DNA of 64,000 bases from Sphyrna mokarran (Eukaryota), in assembly GCA_024679065.1 (NCBI GenBank), contig JAGIQG010000005.1, positions 124,868,001 to 124,932,000 on the forward strand, written 5' to 3'. Below the pieces are notes generated by a model that worked only from the letters and a program-made list of their open reading frames with translations, was not told the DNA's origin and ran no database searches. This document shows positions 1-64,000 of this stretch, piece after piece; position 1 is the first letter of the stretch; every line of letters starts with the position of its first letter. A program made the position numbers and the translations under genes.

Positions 1-390
1 ATCGGTTTTCTCCTCTTTTAAGACCTTCCTTAAAACCATCATTTCTGAACAAGCTTTTGGTTATCTCTCATCATATCTCCTTATATGACTCAGTGGCAAA
101 CTTTGTTTTATAACATTGTGTAAGTTGCCTTGGATCTACATTTACTGCATTAGAGACACTATATAAATGCAAGTTGTTATTGTTGAACATGTTAAGTCAC
201 ATAATGCTCCCAGGACATTGTGTACACATATGGTTGATGATCTGGGAATTGTTGCCACCAAGAGCAGATGGCAACACATTTGCACAAATATTTGCAGATC
301 CACACCATGAATCATTGAAGATTATTTTGAACAAACAAAAGTAAAATTCTGGACAAGATGCACTTCATCTTGTTTTGTTTCATTTTCCAG

Positions 391-581
391 GCACAATTTC
401 TATCGACTCCGGTCACAAAGAACTCTGTGCACTTCCCAAAGGGACGTCAGTTCATATCGCTTTTGCCGAAGGAAAGAATGTTATTGATTTCCTCAAGAAA
501 AATCCTTTCACATACGTCTTTATGAAAATCCCAACTGAACTTATCTTAGAAGACACAGAAATATTACAGAGTTCACACTAA
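391..581 (+). CDS. Putative terminal coding exon of an unidentified gene nested antisense in a pcnx2 intron
   Basis: Strong acceptor tcttgttttgtttcattttccag|GC, stop-free to TAA at 579-581, globular-looking peptide, five CpGs, non-repetitive; ATTAAA near 646 and AATAAA near 1008. Confidence 0.55.
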
Positions 582-1034
582 ACATAAGACCCTAATCTGA
601 GACGTCATTTGGCTGTACAAAAATATTATCTTGTTTCTGTGGAAAATTAAATGGACATCAGCTTGTCCTCTTACCTAAAGCTATAGATAATAGTGAATGT
701 AACAAAATTAGATCCATAGAGTTGGCAAGAATGTCACATACAGCTTGTAGCAACACATAAGAAATGACAGGCACTAGTTCCCAATAATAGCATACATATC
801 TCTGTTAGGCATATCTAGTGAGCTATTATCTAAGACATATATAGTTCCATCTTGGCATTTCCCCAATTCTTTCTGCACTGAGCTGTTTAATAACCTCAAA
901 GGTAATAAGCAGTCAGAATCAGGGCATACATTTTTAAATGATCCTTTTGCTCAATAGTAGCACTCTCAAACCCATAATCAGCTGATTTATAGACAAACAT
1001 GATTCCAAATAAAGACTGAAATTCTCACAATATA

Positions 1035-1335
1035 TTGAGAGACTGCTGCGCTGTTGGAGGTGCCATCTTTCAAATCAGATGCAGATGAAAGGTTTCGCAG
1101 TCATTATTCACTGAAGTACAGAGGAGCCCTGTCTGATGTCTAGTTAATAATTATCCCTCAACGAACAAATAATCTGGTCATTATAATATTAACGTTAAGT
1201 GTGGGAGCTTGCTATACCCAAACTGGCTTCTGCATTTACTACATTACAATAATGACTACACTTCAAAACAGCATGTCATCATTGGCTGTTCAGTATTTTT
1301 GAATGTACTGAGGGAGGAAAAGATACTATATAAAT
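1035..1335 (+). mobile_element. Old Deu-domain-type SINE
   Basis: gctgcgctgttggaggtgccatctttc..ttacaataatgactacacttcaaaa. Related copies at about 2730-3000(-), 13820-14110(-), 22385-22780(-), 38480-38760(+) and 57180-57555(-). Confidence 0.6.
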
Positions 1336-1494
1336 GATGGCAGTCATTCTTTCATCAGTTTGGAGTAATGCATTTATAAACATTTAACAAATGAAGATGT
1401 GAGTAAAGAGACCAAAGCTTTCTAATGATTGCTGCAGTAAGCACTTTAACCAGCAGTTTAATGGTTAAACTGTCAATTATACGTATTGACTCAC

Positions 1495-57880
<56,386 letters not shown>

Positions 57881-58220
57881 CTGCAAAACAGATCAGGAAA
57901 ACAGGCTTTAAGAGATTAGTTGTCATTTAAAAATTCACTGATACATAATTACATGTTTTTCTTGTGTAATTTTGTAGAGCTGATTCAAATTTAAAAATTC
58001 TTTAATTTCAATATCTTGAGGAGCATAAGAACAAGAAAAGCCCACTTTGCCCCTCAAACCTGTTCCTGCCATTCAATCAGATCAGTCTCTTATCCCCATT
58101 TATCTAAGGATGTGCATTTGGTGAATTGGCTATCCTAAAATGTCTCTAATGTGCCAAGGATGTTTGTTTAGATTAGGGGACAAACATGTGGGGTGGACCT
58201 GGGAATGATACTGTGCCAGA

Positions 58221-58294
58221 GAATTACAGCAGTAAAACTGATGGCAAAGGAAATTACAGCAGTAAAACTGGTGGAGAAGGAAATGATAGTAGCA
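58221..58294. repeat. 30-bp tandem repeat, about 2.5 copies
   Basis: aattacagcagtaaaactg is repeated at 30-nt spacing. Confidence 0.8.
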
Positions 58295-61200
58295 TTTGAG
58301 TGATTGGCTTATGTTTATTAAAATAAAAACGTACACAGTTTTCAAAAATGTGCTTTCAGTTTTTTCTCAGTTGTGGTATCAGTGAACAGCCTGTTTAATC
58401 ATTTAGCCTCCAGAGGAATGGCAGCATTCAGTTAACACTCTCCTATAACTATATTTCTCATTGCTCTTCTTTTAGATGGAACTTTATAAATTAAAATTGT
58501 GGTTACCTGATCACATTTTTTTTAAACAGCACAGAAACAGGTCTGTCAGCCCAACAGAGCACAAACTACCTTCCACCATACTCCATCTAACTCGTTTCCT
58601 CTTAAATATAGCTGTGCTGTTTGCCTCAACCATCTTTGTTTTGATGGCAATTTTCACATTCTCAACATTCCGGATAAAAAAGGTTTATCTTTGGATTTAT
58701 TAGCGTCTAGGGTTTATTTATAGCCCTTGGATTTAATCTTCCCCACAATGAGACATCATCTTTACGCTTATCTTACCAAATCATTTTATAAGTTTTAAGT
58801 CATCCCTCAATCTTCACTTTGCTGGAGGGTTCACATTTTTTCAATAGTCAAACCTACTCAGTTCTGGCACATGAAGGAAAAACAATTGAGTTTGAACAAT
58901 GTTGATCTTGTTCTTCCATAAATTTGTCTGAGCGGTAATAATTTAGACAGAAGTGGAATAAGAATCATTTGGCTCAAATAGTCCATGTTGGTGTTAACCC
59001 TACAGTAAACAGAGCTAATGACATTTATTCACCATTCCCATACTTCTTCAATGATTTCAGCAAAATCTTACCAAAAAATGAGTGCTTTTCTCTCCAGAGT
59101 TAAGGCGCACTTCCTAAAAAAATTTTAAGGGATGTGTTTCACCCTGTCATGCAGGGGAATGGGACCCAAACACACCACCAAAATCCAACTGCACTGAGAC
59201 TGGATGCTATGTTTAAAAGGAGGCCCGATCATAACAGGAATAAACCTCCTCCCCAGCCCATCATAGAGGTCTGAGGGTTTTCACTCCCGGTCTGAATTTG
59301 CACTACCCCTCCTACAAGCTGGCAACATCTGTCACTGGCATCCCATGCTCCTCTATCCATTTCCAGCCCACCAGAACCCCTATGAAGTTTCTACTGGGAC
59401 CAGCCTCCTGACACAGGTTGGCACTGTCAAGTTACTGTCTGGCCACATCCCTCTCCCCCAGGGCTATACTCAACTTTATGCTTCAGGGACATCCCCCGGC
59501 AGGTTCCTATCAAGGTGAATCCACAGTAGTCACACTGGCACCTGCTGAATATCCAATAATGGGGAAGTTCCAGGAAGACTGTTCATTAGCACATTATTAA
59601 TGTATTAAAAGAGCTTCCAATAGTCCCATGGTATGTTTCACACCACTCTGCCCACAAGGGGCCTGGAAGATCAGAACTGGGAAACATGCCAGTGCAAATC
59701 AGGTTTTCGGATTTTGAGGGCATACTGCAATTCTTGCAGATGGAGACTGCAAATTCAAAATTACCCCCTTAATGTGTGAATCAATTACTACCTCAAGTTT
59801 TGCAGTACACAATACTCTATATTCCGTACATATATTGGAACAAGCTGAATATGTCTCCTGCTTCCTATTAATGGTGCTCCAGTTTTCTCAATGGGCACAA
59901 TGTTCCTTCTGTATATTTCCCACAAACACTTTTAAGCACATTTCTAATGAGCTTGTGATAAGCTATGTCCTATAGCCATCTTTGGCATCTCAGGCATGTT
60001 TCAAATGAATCTGCCATCTTACATTTTTTGTCCTCAAAGTTGCGTATAAATCAGGTATTTAATTCCTACTACTAGCATTTTTAGGACAAAGTGCCTTTTC
60101 GGCTAGCTTGCTGAAAAAGTTGAATTGGAATACACATTTCACTGTCCAGGACAGTAAGGCATGCTAGCACCAATCCCACTCTGAAATATTCTCATTAACG
60201 TGATACTTGTGATGAGGCGACTGAATGAAACAGCTGAACTCTCAAAGCTTGTTTAAAAATTAATTTGATGCACATCTTGCATAAATACTGGAAAGGAAGT
60301 ACCACATGCAATGCTCCGATTTTATATCTTATTATCGTGCTGCATTGAATACTTTTTCATGCAAATAAACTGGCAAGGAGTGTCTTATGCAATTTGGTCA
60401 CCTGCCCTAATATCTCATGTACCTTGGTGTCAAATTTTGATTGATTCATGTCTTGAGATGGAGAAAGCGGATCTATGATTCCTACCCATTTGAAAAATAG
60501 TCTTTCAACTAATAACATTTGAGAATTCTACTGGACTATAGCACAGAATCAAGCTTTAAATCCTTATTACTTATCTACGGACCACTCCATATCTAATTCC
60601 ACTCTCCTGCTCACTTTCCACAGTCTTTAACATTCTCCCATTAAAAGAATTTATGCACAGTTCTTAAAGAACAGAAATTCTTGACTTCTGTTACTTCTAC
60701 CACACATTTTTAATACTCTGCTTACTGAGTACCGTGAAATTGATGCTCCTTTAAGGCAGTGCCTTGGGTTTTTCATTAAATATAAAATGATCTCCTAACC
60801 ACCACAGTTCAATCTCTTTGGACAAATCAAGAACTGTAACCTGAAAGTTGTAACAATGCTGAAAGGTAATTGGCAGAAGGACCAGAGGACAGATCGAGCC
60901 GTACTATTTATGCAGCAAGATGCAATGGTCTGGAATGCACTGAGAAATGGAATGGAAAACAGATTCAAATGATAACTTCCAAAAGGGAGAAGCAAAAACC
61001 TGCGAGGCAATGCAGAATAGCAAGGGAGTGGGACTAGTTCTACCAAAGAGCTAGCGCAGGGGTTTTTCTTTATTCCAAGCATCTACTTCCTCCTCTAAAA
61101 TTGTCCTGCAGTTGTAGTTTGATCTGAGTCATTTCCAGCTCCATCTCCAAGAGTCAGTAACTGTTCTCCTTTATCCTGCTATTGATCTGAAATACCCTTA

Positions 61201-62206
61201 AATGCACTGACAACCCCAGTGACCCTCCTTTGCCAAGAGAGCCTCTCCTCTGCTCCATCTCACACCAGCTCATCAAGCTATTCTTCCTCTTGACTTCATT
61301 CTATCAATTTTTCTAGTTAGCTGTCAGTTAATTCATCTTGTTTTGTCTCTTCTCCAACTTTAATTCTTCTTGGTGATTCCTCTCTCTGTTCAATGCTCCG
61401 AGTTTCTGAAACTTCTGTTTCTTATTCCCAATTCTTAATTCATTTGTCACAAGCTCCATTAGCATGCCCACCCTGATTTCTAGCACTTTGCAAAAAAATT
61501 CCAGTCAAATGATTTTTTTTGCCAGCTTAACACTCAGTCACTGTACACATCAGAGCTCTTCCTCAAACCACTGCATTTCTTTTCTGAATACCCTACTCCT
61601 TGTCGACAGAGAATCATTCTTTAGTCCATTATTCTGCTTTTTCAATCCATTGTTTACCTGTTTGCATTTCTTCCTTTCTTCCAAAGTAAAACCATCTTTC
61701 TCTTTTAACATCATATCTTTTTATTAGACAATTCTCCTGAATTGCTAACTTGTTCAACAGTTCTATTCTCTCTTTCGGTTTGTCCATTGCAATGTCCTCC
61801 CTGGAACACCTAGCAATTTCTGCTTCTCTGCAAAGTTTCCCAAACTCATTTGCATTTTCCATCTGATTGGTAGTTCAATCATTCAATTGAATTTCTAGAA
61901 AATTCCCCAAAATGGTTTTGGTAAATGATATCTCTGTTCTGACTTCTGCTTCGAAAGTCTGGTAGCTCTTGCAGTAGATAAAGCAGTATATCCTACATGA
62001 GCACCATGGGTCAAACCTTTCATGCATTTCACTCTTAGGAAAATTCCATCACCCAACTAACAGCATCAATTATACGGGACTTCCTTGGCCTTTCAGGTTC
62101 CATGCAATAAACTCTGTTGCTGAGTTTCACGTGTATTTCTCTTTCTGTCAACTCTTTTTACCTTTTATCAACATCTTCATGCTGTGATTCCTAATATGTG
62201 AATTTA

Positions 62207-62460
62207 GGCCTGTGTCTGTGGGAGTTTGCGCATCCTCCCCGTGCTTGCGTGGGTTTTCTCCAGGTACTCCGGTTTCCTCCCACATCCCAAAGATGTGCTC
62301 TTAGGCTAACTGGCAAAACAAATTCTCCCTAAATTGTCTCAAATTTGGTTTTTAATCCATAGATCTATAAACATAGACAGGGATCACGGGTAGAGATGGG
62401 AACATCAGGGTGACGGCGTGGGCTTGTTGGGCCGAAGGGCCTGTTTCCCATGCTGTTTTG
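62207..62460 (+). mobile_element. Young HE1-related SINE subfamily copy, 5'-truncated
   Basis: About 15 mismatches in 242 nt (hand count) versus the reverse complement of 32779-33020. Confidence 0.85.
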
Positions 62461-62804
62461 TTCTTTGTTTGTTGTTCACTTGCTGGTGCATATGGCACCG
62501 TTTCTTTCTGGCTCTGATAGGCTTCTAGCTACTCCCATTCTTTTTCATGGTTTTAATATAGCTGGGCTGTTTCTCATTAGATTATGGGTCACAAACTTTT
62601 ATCCAATTTTCTATTTGTTGTAGTTCTTGGTGAAGTTTATTTAAAATTTTTTTCTGTGGCTTGTCTTATTTTTAGACCGATTACATCTTTATCATTTGTT
62701 TGCATTTCACTGCCAAAACTTACAAGGAACTTCTCATTACAGCACAAAAAGATGAGCACAATTGAATTGTGTTACCTTCAGCTCTTTAATTAGTTAGTAA
62801 AGGA

Positions 62805-63200
62805 CTTCCTCTGCCCTCTTTCTAGGTTCTCTCTATACCCCTGCTCTCTGGGATCTTCTAATACTTCTTCCTCTCTGGGGTTTCTCAGCATTCCCCCTTT
62901 CTTCAAGGTTTTCCACTGCGCCATCCTTTCCGGGGTTTTCCAATACTTCCCCTCTCTGGGGTTTTTCAGTGCTTCCCCCTTTCACCAAGTTCTAGTGTGC
63001 CACCCTCCCTGGGTTTCCCAACACCCTTCACCTTCTCTGAAGCCTTTTACTGTCTACTGAGTCTGGAGTTGCCTCTTTCTTGAGGGCTTTTATCCCTTAA
63101 GCTCTAGCATTACCTCTTACTTCAGACCTTAATTTACTTTGCTGAGATCTTGCATTGCTTATGGGGCCTCTTTATAGAATTTCCCGCTATCTGGGATGTT
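62805..63200. repeat. Degenerate tandem repeat (cttcccctctctggggttt..)
   Basis: Recurrent ctctctggggttt / ttccccctttc units. Confidence 0.65.
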
Positions 63201-63657
63201 CATTGATTTTCCTGTTCCTTGTTCTTTTTTATGGTTGTTTCATTAAATATTGCACCATGTTAAATGCATTACTGCTTTAAGACTATATAGTTTTTTTTCC
63301 CCACACAGGCTGCTGTTGCTCAGTCCATTGGCTTCCTTTTTGCAACAACAACTCAATGTAAGTACAGAATGTCTCCGGCTGCTGAAGGCTTTTCCTCTTT
63401 CAAAACTGCTTACTTATAAGTTCCAACCATTTTGTTTTAAACTTTGGCTTATTCTCTCATTGGAAAGAGTTTCCAGGACATATCTGCTGGAAATACCCTG
63501 TTCATGGCTCTTTACTCAAACTCCCTGCAAGTTCTGTTCAGATTAAGGAGCTGCAATAGTTCTAAGGCCCTTTTTCCTCTTTTACTCTTCTTATGTTTGA
63601 ATCTGTTCAACTGAGTCAACATCATCTTCAAAAAAAAATCTTCCTCCCGGATTGCCA

Positions 63658-63964
63658 GGGTGGCACAGTGGTTAGTATTGCTGCCTCACAGCTCCAGGAA
63701 CCCAGGTTCAATTCTGGCCTTGGGTGACTGAGTGGAGTTTGCACATTCTCCCCATGTCTGTGTGGATTTCTTCCAGATGCCCTAGTTTCCTCCCATATCG
63801 AAACATGTGCAGATTAGGTGGATTAGCTATGTTAAATTGCCCCTTAGTTCAGGGGTTTAGCACAGTAAACATATGGGATTATGGAGAAAGGGTGTGGGTA
63901 GGATAGGTGTTGGTGCAAGTTTGGTAGGCTGAATGGCCTCCTTCTGCACTGTAAGGATTCCATA
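63658..63964 (+). mobile_element. HE1-type SINE
   Basis: ggtggcacagtggttag A box, ggttcaattc B box, core and tail. 3'-only copies lie at about 8965-9166 (-) and 46676-46838 (+). Confidence 0.85.
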
Positions 63965-64000
63965 ATTTCACCTTTATAAATCTGAAACACAGCTCTCTTC

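Noticed and set aside
59125-59772. TTAA-flanked element (piggyBac/Kolobok-like MITE)
   Set aside because: The terminal inverted match is only about 3 nt beyond TTAA, too weak to call.
63658-63730. tRNA gene
   Set aside because: The A/B boxes belong to the tRNA-derived head of a SINE; there is no complete cloverleaf. The same applies to the other SINE heads.

Overview
Eukaryotic, repeat-rich vertebrate DNA. The SINE, LINE and Penelope repertoire suggests a shark (elasmobranch). The window lies inside a minus-strand pecanex gene, best matching PCNX2. I traced 11 coding exons (57666-57880 down to 1495-1666) with canonical splice sites and consistent phases, except one junction that needs a small unlocated exon. 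Exon 1 and the 3' half of the gene lie outside the window. The introns hold two decayed, divergently oriented Gypsy LTR elements, an RTE LINE remnant, many CR1 and L2 fragments, HE1-type and Deu-type SINEs, and Penelope-derived elements with hammerhead ribozyme motifs. Main leads: (1) an apparent terminal coding exon of an unrecognised antisense gene nested in a pcnx2 intron (391-581, +); (2) a core-intact minimal hammerhead on the pre-mRNA strand (18034-18070); (3) a candidate extra in-frame exon (20862-20942); (4) an inverted pair of young SINEs bracketing three traced exons; (5) several local template-switch or duplication scars. All alignments were done by eye and family names come from remembered consensus, so repeat boundaries are approximate.
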